This document shows positions 29,601 to 36,932 of a stretch of DNA of 64,000 bases, piece by piece. The notes under the pieces are model-generated. The model worked only from the letters and a program-made list of their open reading frames with translations. It was not told where the DNA came from and searched no databases. The translations under genes and the position numbers were made by a program. Each line of letters starts with the position of its first letter. Position 1 is the first letter of the stretch. The DNA is taken from contig JANXYG010000050.1 in NCBI GenBank assembly GCA_025350245.1, positions 321 through 64,320 on the forward strand, in the 5' to 3' direction. The DNA comes from Betaproteobacteria bacterium. Lineage in GTDB: Bacteria; Pseudomonadota; Gammaproteobacteria; Burkholderiales; Ga0077523.

Positions 29601-29779
29601 TGGTGGTGTGGCGCGATCTCGGCGAACGCCAGCGCCGCACGCTGCTGGGCGCCCGGCTGCTAGGTGTGCACGGCGTGCTCGAGCGCGATGGCGATGTCGC
29701 CCATCTCATCGCCGGCAAGCTGGTGGATCTGTCGCATCTGCTCGGTCGGCTGCTCACGCAGTCACGCGACTTTCACTGA
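26618..29779 (+). CDS. dnaE2: Error-prone DNA polymerase III alpha-like subunit DnaE2 (ImuC)
   Basis: Start at ATG 26618 ([29 protein letters not shown] domain). Length is about 1053 aa, with pol III alpha core motifs throughout. A LexA box lies upstream of the two-gene unit. Confidence 0.93.
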   Translation: MSPAFAELHCVSNFTFLRGASHADELAERAAKLGYAALAITDECSLAGIVRAHEGAKKHGLHLIVGSEIRLADGPTLVLLAQDREGYGNLSALITKGRRRSEKGEYHLVRDDLDDGLPGCLAIVIPPPVLADGEPALALAAQAQWLAARFRDRLWIAVELHHAANDDERLPQLQALSAATGVPLVASNDVHMHSRGRRALQDVLTAIRLRVPVARAGHGLFPNGERHLRSRDKLAQLYPPELLAESVAIAARCTFSLDSLRYEYPEELAPPGETPSSWLRKLVTAGLRWRFCGAAAPWEPDAGPGREAAAPPRAVIALVERELALIAELGYEPYFLTVYDIVAFARRQGILCQGRGSAANSAVCFALGITEVDPARMSMLFERFISKERDEPPDIDVDFEHQRREEVIQYIYARYGRERAAIAATVICYRSRSAFRDAGRALGLDVAQVDRISKNLAFWDRGQAVPARLREAGFDPDSRLMQRLLRVAEALRGFPRHLSQHVGGFVVSRGPIDRLVPVENAAMPERTIIQWDKDDLDALGLLKVDVLALGMLSAIRRALDLIGHWRGAPLRMQDIPAEDPEVYAMLQKADSVGVFQVESRAQMTMLPRLKPATFYDLVIEVAIVRPGPIQGGMVHPYLRRRRGQEPVDYPSEAVKVVLERTLGIPIFQEQVMQLAMVAAGFSAGEADQLRRAMAAWRRKGGLEPFERRLIDGMLQRGYTEQFARQIYQQILGFGEYGFPESHAASFSLLVYVSAWLKRHHPAAFCAALLNSQPMGFYAPSQLIQDAQRHGVQVLPVDAMASDWDCSLAASPRGADDTPPPPAMRLGLRMVSGLSQAAAERLIAERGRPFDTFEQLALRAQLNRHDLDCLAGADALASVIGHRREALWEVAGIEPRPPVLHDTPIREQLLLLPEPSEGETIVADYASLGLTLGRHPLALLRGHLQRQRMMTASQLLTARHGQLVRAAGLVTCRQRPGTASGVIFVTLEDETGNTNVVVWRDLGERQRRTLLGARLLGVHGVLERDGDVAHLIAGKLVDLSHLLGRLLTQSRDFH

Positions 29780-29852
29780 CCGTCATTGCACGCCGATATC
29801 CATTGCACGGCGGCGTTGACGCTGCGCGGGCCAACGCGTAGTTTTCGCCGAT

Positions 29853-29881
29853 GTATAAGACCATTCACCGAATCGTCATAC
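29853..29881 (+). promoter_or_regulatory. Candidate NikR-type operator GTATAA-N17-TCATAC
   Basis: Read directly, 20 nt upstream of the NiCoT-like gene start. It resembles the E. coli nik operator GTATGA-N16-TCATAC, with one mismatch and one extra spacer base. Confidence 0.4.
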
Positions 29882-29900
29882 CAGCGATCCGGACTGCCTC

Positions 29901-30776
29901 GTGAACGAACTGCTCGCCAGCATCGCCATCGGCTTCGTGCTCGGCATGCGCCATGCCACCGACCCCGATCACGTGATCGCCGTCACCACCATCGTCAGCC
30001 GCCAGGCCAGCATTCGCGGCGCCGCGCTGATCGGCGCCACCTGGGGCATCGGCCACACGCTCACCATCGCCCTGGTCGGCGGCGCCATCATTGTGTTCCA
30101 CATCGTCATCCCGCCCGCGCTCGGCCTGATGATGGAACTCGGCGTGGCGCTCATGCTGGTCGTGCTGGGCGTGCTCACGCTCACCGGCACGCTCGACCGG
30201 ATCGGCGCCGCCATGGCGCCATTCAAGGTGCGCAACGGCAGCCTGCGCTATCAGCCGGCCGCCCCCGGTCATCGTCACGGCCTGGTCGGCCTGCACGCCC
30301 ATGCCACCGCGCACGCACACCCGCATGCCCACGGCGACTACGCGCACAGCCACCGCCATGGGCACGACGCCGTCAGCCACGGACACGCCGAAGACGCCAC
30401 GCCGCAGGCCTGGCTCGACCGGCACTTCGGCGGGCTGGGCGCCTACCAGTTGCTGCGCCCGCTGCTCGTCGGCGTGGTGCACGGCCTCGCCGGATCCGCT
30501 GCCGTTGCGCTGCTGATCGTCGCCGCCATCACCAATCCGGCCGAAGGGCTGGCCTACCTGTTGTTGTTCGGCCTGGGCACCATCGCCGGCATGATGCTGG
30601 TGACCGCCATCATCGCCCTGCCCTTCGCCGCGAGCGCGAAGCGACTGCCGCAACTGAACACGATCCTGCGCGTGGCCTCCGGCGTGGCGAGTCTGGGCTT
30701 CGGCCTTTACCTGATGTACGACATCGGTTTCGTCCACGGTCTGTTCACCGGCAACCCGAACTGGAATCCGCATTGA
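29901..30776 (+). CDS. NiCoT/UreH-like nickel(cobalt) permease with His-rich loop
   Basis: The signature RHATDPDHVIAV matches the HX4DH motif of NiCoT-related transporters. There are multiple TM helices and a central loop HAHATAHAHPHAHGDYAHSHRHGHDAVSHGH. GTG start. Confidence 0.75.
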   Translation: MNELLASIAIGFVLGMRHATDPDHVIAVTTIVSRQASIRGAALIGATWGIGHTLTIALVGGAIIVFHIVIPPALGLMMELGVALMLVVLGVLTLTGTLDRIGAAMAPFKVRNGSLRYQPAAPGHRHGLVGLHAHATAHAHPHAHGDYAHSHRHGHDAVSHGHAEDATPQAWLDRHFGGLGAYQLLRPLLVGVVHGLAGSAAVALLIVAAITNPAEGLAYLLLFGLGTIAGMMLVTAIIALPFAASAKRLPQLNTILRVASGVASLGFGLYLMYDIGFVHGLFTGNPNWNPH

Positions 30777-30875
30777 TCCGTTTTTTGCGTGTGATGTTTT
30801 TGTATAAAGTGTGATATCACATTGAAGCAACAGCGTTTTATTGACGCCATCCAGGCGTACGGCTACATTTGGCTG

Positions 30876-31457
30876 ATGCCTTCGGACGCTTCTCTGGCCG
30901 TAACACCCCCGCCGCTTTTCACGTTGCGGCGCGCCATGCTGGCAGTTGCTGTGCTGGCGCTCGCGGGGTTCGCCGTTTATGCCGCAGTGCGGGAATGGCG
31001 GCTGACCACTGCCACCGAAATTGCCGCGCCGACAACAGTCGGCGCCGAGCGTCCCGCGCTCACCGCCGACGAAGAGCGCTATGCGCACGACCTCTGGAGT
31101 ATCCACCAGCAAGTACGCACCGTCGTACCACGCCTGAGCTTTGCCGGCCTGGCCTACAAGATGGGCGACATCGGCAAGGGCGATATCCCGGCCCGTATTG
31201 CCCCGGTCGGGGCCATGCTGGCAGCGGCGCGCACCAGCATGCAATCGCTGGTCCCGCCGGCTTCGCTGCGCGAGCCGCACCGCGAGTATCTGGAAGCAAT
31301 CGACACCTACCAGCAGGCGTTCACCGAAATGGGTGGCATCGTCCGCGACGGCAATGAAGCGCACCTGATCAGGGCACAGGCATTGAGCGAGCGCGCGTCG
31401 GGCGCGCTGCTGAAAGTGAGCGAAGTCCTCTGGCCGGGAGAACACAAGCCGAATTGA
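30876..31457 (+). CDS. Hypothetical membrane-anchored protein
   Basis: ORF 30822..31457. ATG 30876 is preferred over TTG 30822. One TM helix (AMLAVAVLALAGFAVYAAV) is followed by a helical soluble domain. No family recognised. Confidence 0.4.
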   Translation: MPSDASLAVTPPPLFTLRRAMLAVAVLALAGFAVYAAVREWRLTTATEIAAPTTVGAERPALTADEERYAHDLWSIHQQVRTVVPRLSFAGLAYKMGDIGKGDIPARIAPVGAMLAAARTSMQSLVPPASLREPHREYLEAIDTYQQAFTEMGGIVRDGNEAHLIRAQALSERASGALLKVSEVLWPGEHKPN

Positions 31458-31572
31458 TGGCGATTTGCCGATCACAGGTGATGCACCGGTACGGAGGTAT
31501 CGGCACATCGCCAGGACCAGCGGCAGTGGAAGTGGAAGTGGCAGCAGTCCAACAACAAGGAGGAGAGAGAGC

Positions 31573-32556
31573 ATGAACAAGAAACTCGCGGTGAGTCTCG
31601 CCGCAGCCGGGCTGGTTGCCGGCATCGGCAGCACTGCTGCACAAGCCCAGGCGGTATGTTCGGTCTGGCTGGTGGAAAACAGCACCTTCATGAACGTGCC
31701 GTTCGGCATGTTCCACCCCGATCGTTCGTTCGTGCCGGGCAGCACCAGCCCGCACAACAACATCAACACGGTCAACCTGCCGGTGAACGTGGGCGTGATC
31801 AAGTGCGGCAAGGAATTGATCCTCTACGACAACGGCTGGAACCAGACCGAGTATCACAAGATGACCGGCACGGCTCACTGGTCGCCGCTGTCGAAGCAGA
31901 TCGCACAGCTCGGCTTCGATGCCAAGGATGTCTCCAAGATCATCATCGGTCACGGCCACTGGGATCACGCCGGTTCGCTCGACGAGTTTCCGAACGCGGT
32001 GCTGTATGTCCAGCGCGAGGAGCTCAAGGGCATCGAGTGGGCGCTCAACTATCCGCACCCGCGCATCAGCGCCGTGAACGACTCGCCCGGCGGTTGCAGC
32101 CGTACCCCGGCCTGCGGCTATACCCCCAAGACCATGGACTCGATCTACGGCAAGGTGCTGCACGGCAAGGCGATGATCGTCGATGGTGACCACGAGATCA
32201 TGCCGGGCGTGAAGATCCATGCGGCGCATCGCGCACATACCGCTGGTTCGCAACTGCTCGAAGTCAACACCGCCATGGGCAAGCTGATGTTCGGCTCCGA
32301 CGCCTACTCGTCGTGGGAAGCCATCCGCGACTGGGAAGTTGCCAACATCCAGCAGACCGACTCGGTGCAGCAGTTCCTCGCCTACGAGAAGTGCTACAAG
32401 GTCACCGGTGGTTACGCCAACTGCGTCGCCGCGCACGAACCGCTCTCGTACAGCGACAAGTACCCGCTGACGAAGAACTCGTGGGTCGGGATGAACGAAG
32501 CCCGTCTGGCCGAGATCACGCTTGCTCCCGGCGAAACCTCGCGCAAGCCGAAATAA
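31573..32556 (+). CDS. Secreted MBL-fold metallo-hydrolase (N-acyl-homoserine-lactonase-like)
   Basis: ATG 31573 follows AGGAGAGAGA. Signal peptide MNKKLAVSLAAAGLVAGIGSTAAQAQA. HGHWDH metal-binding motif. Confidence 0.8.
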   Translation: MNKKLAVSLAAAGLVAGIGSTAAQAQAVCSVWLVENSTFMNVPFGMFHPDRSFVPGSTSPHNNINTVNLPVNVGVIKCGKELILYDNGWNQTEYHKMTGTAHWSPLSKQIAQLGFDAKDVSKIIIGHGHWDHAGSLDEFPNAVLYVQREELKGIEWALNYPHPRISAVNDSPGGCSRTPACGYTPKTMDSIYGKVLHGKAMIVDGDHEIMPGVKIHAAHRAHTAGSQLLEVNTAMGKLMFGSDAYSSWEAIRDWEVANIQQTDSVQQFLAYEKCYKVTGGYANCVAAHEPLSYSDKYPLTKNSWVGMNEARLAEITLAPGETSRKPK

Positions 32557-32577
32557 GCTTTCTTCGCTGAACCTGAT

Positions 32578-32607
32578 GAGGAGCTCTTCGTGAGCTCCTC
32601 TTTTTTT
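32578..32607 (+). terminator. Rho-independent terminator after the MBL hydrolase gene
   Basis: GAGGAGCTC-TTCGT-GAGCTCCTC followed by TTTTTTT, read directly. Confidence 0.8.
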
Positions 32608-32619
32608 CGTCCATCGGCA

Positions 32620-33750
32620 ATGCATCGTTTCGTCCTGCTGGCCCTGATGCTCGTGTTCACCGACGCCAGCGCGCACGATCCAAGCGCGTGGGGCGGACTG
32701 TTTCGCTCCCGCGATGAGGGCGCCACCTGGCTGCCGGTGGATGCCGGCCTATTCATCGGCGGCGCGATGGCGATCGCCATCAGCCCTGTCGATCCCGATC
32801 ATCTGCTGTATGCAACCGACACCCGGTTGCTGCGCTCCCGCAATGGTGGCCGCGACTGGATCACCGAAGCCGGCGGGACGTTCATCGGCCCCACCTTGTC
32901 CGTTGCCTTCGGTCATGACGGTGTGCTTGCCGTTGCGTCGAGTTCGGCCGGCATCTTTCGCACCACGGATGGCGCGACCTGGCTGCGGGCGAAAGCCCCC
33001 GAGGGAGCGGCGCCCGCGCACGCCATCGTCGCCAGCAGCGAGCCCGATGTCTTCTATCTTGCCGGGCCGCAAGGCGTGTTCGTCAGCCGCGACGGCGGCA
33101 ACGCCTGGGAGAAAAGTGGCACCGACATGCCCGCTTCGGCACCAGCGGCCTTGGCGGTGGGCGGTGGATCGCCGGTGCCCCTGGCCAGCGTCATCGGCGG
33201 CAGCTTGTGGACCAGCCGCGATGGCGGCGAGCACTGGGCGCGGGTGACGGGCCCGTGGTCGGCACGCGGCGTGGAGACGGTTGGTTTTGGCGGCGCCGCC
33301 CGCGATGCGCTGTGGGTCGTTGCCGATGATCGCGTGCTTCGCAGCGACGACGGCGGCGCCACCTGGCGGCGTATCGGCGAGCCGCTTGGCGCCGGCAACG
33401 GCGCGGTGCGGAGCATCGTGACCGGCACCGATGGCAAGGCGATCGTGGCCACCACCCATCGCGGCATCTTGCGCAGCGCCGACGGCGGCGCCACCTGGGT
33501 CCGGCTCGAAGGCGTGCTGCCGATCCATCTCGAATCCGCGCCGCTGGTGCCGGATCCGGCCGATGCGCGCACCCTCTACGCCGGTTTCTCGCTGACGCCA
33601 TATGCCGAAGTGTTTCGGCGCGCGCTGGAAGGCAGCAACGTGCTCTCGCGGATCGACCCGGTGAACCTGGCCGGCGGCGCGGCCTTTCTCCTGCTGCTGC
33701 TGATCGGTGGCACCATTGGCGCCCGCCGCCTCGCCCATCGAAAAAATTGA
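32620..33750 (+). CDS. BNR/Asp-box repeat protein with signal peptide and C-terminal TM anchor
   Basis: At least seven SxDxGxxW-type boxes: SRDEGATW, SRNGGRDW, TTDGATW, SRDGGNAW, SRDGGEHW, SDDGGATW, SADGGATW. ATG 32620 is preferred because GTG 32590 lies inside the terminator hairpin. Confidence 0.75.
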   Translation: MHRFVLLALMLVFTDASAHDPSAWGGLFRSRDEGATWLPVDAGLFIGGAMAIAISPVDPDHLLYATDTRLLRSRNGGRDWITEAGGTFIGPTLSVAFGHDGVLAVASSSAGIFRTTDGATWLRAKAPEGAAPAHAIVASSEPDVFYLAGPQGVFVSRDGGNAWEKSGTDMPASAPAALAVGGGSPVPLASVIGGSLWTSRDGGEHWARVTGPWSARGVETVGFGGAARDALWVVADDRVLRSDDGGATWRRIGEPLGAGNGAVRSIVTGTDGKAIVATTHRGILRSADGGATWVRLEGVLPIHLESAPLVPDPADARTLYAGFSLTPYAEVFRRALEGSNVLSRIDPVNLAGGAAFLLLLLIGGTIGARRLAHRKN

Positions 33751-34775
33751 GCGCTCCCGATACCGCCCCCATGACCAGCACGTCCGGCACGTCCAGCTCC
33801 GGCATTCGCCGCACCGTCATCTCGCTCATCGTCATCCTGCTGGTGGCCGCCGCGGCGATCTTCGCCTGGCGTTCCCATCTCGCCGGCAGTTCCGTCGAGG
33901 TGGTCGAATACCCGATGCCGGTCGCCACCGACATCCCGACCGCGATCGCGATCGCGCCCGACGGGGCGGTGTGGTTCACCATCGATTTCTCGGATGCCAT
34001 CGGCGTGATCCGCAACGGCAAGCTGGAACGCTTCTCGAAAGGCTCCCGCAATGCCGAGCCGATCGGACTGGGCGTCGGTCCGGATGGCGTGGCGTGGCTG
34101 GCCGACGCGCCCGGCGTCGCGATCCAGCGCATCGAAGGGCCGGGCAAGATCACCGCGACCCCGCTCGGGACCGGTATCGCGCGCCTGGGCAGGCTCGCGG
34201 TGGCGCCGGACGGCGCCGTGTGGTTCGCCGAATCCACCGCCTACAGCATCACGCGGCTGAAGGATGGCACGCTGAAGCGCCACGAGCTCGATGCCGTGCG
34301 CGGCGCGCCCTTCGGCGTGGCGGTGGCGCCGGACGGCGCGGTGTGGGCGACGCTCCAGGCCGGCAACTCCTTGCTGCGCATCGCCCCCGATGGCACCCGT
34401 ACCGAGGCGGAGATTCCAACGGCGTCGGTGTCACCCACCGATATCGCCATCGATGCCACCGGCGCCGTGTGGTTCATCGAGTTTCGCGGCAACCGCATCG
34501 GCCGCTATGCCGACGGCAAGTTCAGCGAGGTCGAGGTGCCGATCGAGCGGGCAGCGCTGTCGGGCCTCGCGGCGGCACCCGACGGGTCGGTGTGGTTCGG
34601 CACGCTGCGCGGGCGCGCCGTCGGCCGCGTGCGCGACGGCAAGGTGCAGATGTTCAATCTGCCGCGAGAACAGGCAAGGCCGTTCTCGGTTGCCGTGGAT
34701 CCTGCCGGCAATGTCTGGTACGCCGACATCAGCGGCAGCATCGGCATGATCCCGGCGGCACTAGCGCAGCGATAG
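33747..34775 (+). CDS. Vgb (virginiamycin B lyase)-like beta-propeller repeat protein, N-terminally membrane-anchored
   Basis: Repeated PDGAVWF-type blades (DGAVWFT, PDGVAWLA, PDGAVWFAE, PDGAVWAT, TGAVWFIEF, PDGSVWFGT, AGNVWYAD). The start is uncertain: TTG 33747 overlapping the upstream stop, or ATG 33771. Confidence 0.7.
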   Translation: MSAPDTAPMTSTSGTSSSGIRRTVISLIVILLVAAAAIFAWRSHLAGSSVEVVEYPMPVATDIPTAIAIAPDGAVWFTIDFSDAIGVIRNGKLERFSKGSRNAEPIGLGVGPDGVAWLADAPGVAIQRIEGPGKITATPLGTGIARLGRLAVAPDGAVWFAESTAYSITRLKDGTLKRHELDAVRGAPFGVAVAPDGAVWATLQAGNSLLRIAPDGTRTEAEIPTASVSPTDIAIDATGAVWFIEFRGNRIGRYADGKFSEVEVPIERAALSGLAAAPDGSVWFGTLRGRAVGRVRDGKVQMFNLPREQARPFSVAVDPAGNVWYADISGSIGMIPAALAQR

Positions 34776-34781
34776 GTCCGC

Positions 34782-35669
34782 TCAGGACAATCGGGCCAGC
34801 ATCCCCGCGGCCTGCAACGTCAACACCAGACCCACCAGCACGATCAACAACGAGGTGCCGATCTGGAGCCGGACGGCCCAGACACCAGCAAGCCAGTCGA
34901 AGATGCGCTGACCCACCTTGGCCGCGACGATGCCGACGACCATGAGGGTGGCGGCGAAGCCGATGCTGAAGACGAGCACCGTGGCGAGGCCGAGCATGAC
35001 CTTGCCCTGCGACAACGCGTTGAGCAGGATGGCCAGCGCCGCGGGATCGGGCAGCAGACCGCCGGCGACACCGAGCCCGACCAGCATCCACAAACTCGGC
35101 CGATTGGCGCGGGTGACCAGACCGAGATCGTGGGTGTGCTTGAAGCCCCAGCCGTGACTGTGCCAGCCACCACCTTCATGATCGTGATCGTGGGTGTGAT
35201 CGTGATCCTGTGGGTGATCGTGGGTGTGTCCCGGCGCGTGCGCATGGCCATGGACGCTGCGCAACGGACGCGATGCCAGCATGCCGGCGGGCGCGGCGGC
35301 AGCGGCATAGCGAATGGTGCCGACACCGCCGCGTGCTGACGCCGGTTGGCGCAACTGCGCCACCAGCGCCCGCTGCGTCCAGAGGGTCCACAGCCCGATC
35401 ACCACCACCAGCAACCCGGTGGCGAGCGCGAGCCACGCTTCGAGGCGCTGCGGCACCACGCCGGGTAACCCGAGCGAGGCGATCACGCCAACGGCAACGA
35501 TGCCGCTCACATGCGACAACGTGACGAACATGCCGAGCACCACGGCATCCAGCGGCCGCCCCCGCACCCCGACGATGTAGGCGGCAGCGATGGTCTTGCC
35601 GTGGCCGGGCGTGGCAGCGTGAACGGCGCCGAGCCAGAAGCTCGACGCGAGATAAACCAGCACCTCCAT
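34782..35669 (-). CDS. rcnA: RcnA-like nickel/cobalt efflux transporter (NicO family)
   Basis: HAATPGHGKTIAAAYIVG motif, His-rich loop HGHAHAPGHTHDHPQDHDHTHDHDHEGGGWHSHGW, and six hydrophobic segments. Confidence 0.82.
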   Translation of the reverse strand: MEVLVYLASSFWLGAVHAATPGHGKTIAAAYIVGVRGRPLDAVVLGMFVTLSHVSGIVAVGVIASLGLPGVVPQRLEAWLALATGLLVVVIGLWTLWTQRALVAQLRQPASARGGVGTIRYAAAAAPAGMLASRPLRSVHGHAHAPGHTHDHPQDHDHTHDHDHEGGGWHSHGWGFKHTHDLGLVTRANRPSLWMLVGLGVAGGLLPDPAALAILLNALSQGKVMLGLATVLVFSIGFAATLMVVGIVAAKVGQRIFDWLAGVWAVRLQIGTSLLIVLVGLVLTLQAAGMLARLS

Positions 35670-35786
35670 GATGTAACCCGGTTCCGCGATACTAGAGCCG
35701 TGGATTCTGCCGCATGGTGCCGCGGATTCCTATGGCAGTGTCACTGCAATGGATTGCCGGCGGGGCAAGCAAGAGAGGAAACAGGC

Positions 35787-36932
35787 TTGAACTTCGATTT
35801 CGACGACACGCCCGACCCGCGGGGTCAATGGCGCTTCAAGTGGGACCGGTTTCGCGACCGTGACGTGATTCCGATGTGGGTGGCCGACATGGATTTCCGG
35901 GCGCCGCCACCGGTGCTGGACATCCTGCGCGAGCGCATCGAGCACGGGGTCTTCGGGTATCTCGATCCGGGCCCGGAACTGGTGGAGACTCTCATGACCC
36001 ACCTCGCGCGCGAGTACGACTGGCACACGCAGCGCGACTGGTTCGTCTGGCTGCCGGGCCTGGTCTCGGGGCTGAACATCGTGTGCCGCGCCATCGGATC
36101 ACCCGGCGATGCGGTGGTCACCGGGGTGCCGATCTATCCGCCGTTCCTGTCGGCGCCGCTGAATGCCGATCGCCGATTGCAGCGCGCACCACTGGTGCAG
36201 GCCAACGACCGCTGGCAGTTCGATGCGGCCGCGCTCGACGGTGCCGTCGATGCCGGCACGCGGCTTTTCCTGCTGTGCAATCCGCACAATCCGCTTGGCC
36301 GCGCCTTCACCCGTGACGAGCTCGTGGCGCTCGCCGAGGTGTGCGAACGCCGCGATCTGGTGATCTGCTCCGACGAGATCCACTGCGGCCTGCTGCTCGA
36401 CGATGACCGGCGACACGTACCGATGGCGACCCTGTCGCCGGCGATCGAGCGGCGCACCATCACGCTGATGGCAGCGTCGAAAACCTTCAACCTGCCGGCG
36501 CTCGGCACTGCTTTCGCGGTGATCGCCGACCCGGCTCTGCGTAACCGCATGCAGGCGGTGATGAAGGGTATCGTGCACCGCCCGTTCGGCCTGGGGATGT
36601 GGACCACGCTCGCCGCCTACCGGGATGGTGAACCCTGGCGCCGCGCGCTCATCGCCTATCTGCGCGGCAACCGCGATCTCGTAGCGGCGCGGGTGGCGCG
36701 CATGCCCGGGTTGTCGATGACGCCGGTGGAGGCAACCTATCTGGCGTGGATCGATTGCCGGGCCGCACCCATCGACCATCCGAAAGCCTTCTTCGAAGCG
36801 GCGGGCGTCGGGCTCTACGATGGCGCGGATTTCGGCACGCCGGGTTGGGTGCGCCTCAATTTCGCGTGCAACCGGGCGCTGCTCGACCAGGCGCTGGCGC
36901 GAATGGAGGATGCGCTCAGAACGAGGCGGTGA
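35787..36932 (+). CDS. MalY/PatB-type PLP-dependent C-S lyase (cystathionine beta-lyase-like aminotransferase)
   Basis: TTG 35787 follows AAGAGAGGAA. Contains WVADMDF..., LLCNPHNPLGR and ASKTFNLPAL (Lys-PLP site), typical of the PatB/MalY family. Confidence 0.85.
   Translation: MNFDFDDTPDPRGQWRFKWDRFRDRDVIPMWVADMDFRAPPPVLDILRERIEHGVFGYLDPGPELVETLMTHLAREYDWHTQRDWFVWLPGLVSGLNIVCRAIGSPGDAVVTGVPIYPPFLSAPLNADRRLQRAPLVQANDRWQFDAAALDGAVDAGTRLFLLCNPHNPLGRAFTRDELVALAEVCERRDLVICSDEIHCGLLLDDDRRHVPMATLSPAIERRTITLMAASKTFNLPALGTAFAVIADPALRNRMQAVMKGIVHRPFGLGMWTTLAAYRDGEPWRRALIAYLRGNRDLVAARVARMPGLSMTPVEATYLAWIDCRAAPIDHPKAFFEAAGVGLYDGADFGTPGWVRLNFACNRALLDQALARMEDALRTRR

Noticed and set aside
30810-30821. TGTGATATCACA as a CRP/cAMP receptor site
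   Set aside because: The CRP consensus is TGTGA-N6-TCACA, whereas here the half-sites are separated by only 2 nt. It is kept as an unassigned palindrome instead.
29865-31811. 648-aa ORF on the minus strand
   Set aside because: It runs antisense across the NiCoT-like permease, a hypothetical gene and the MBL hydrolase start. It has shadow-ORF composition, and the plus-strand genes have clear motifs.
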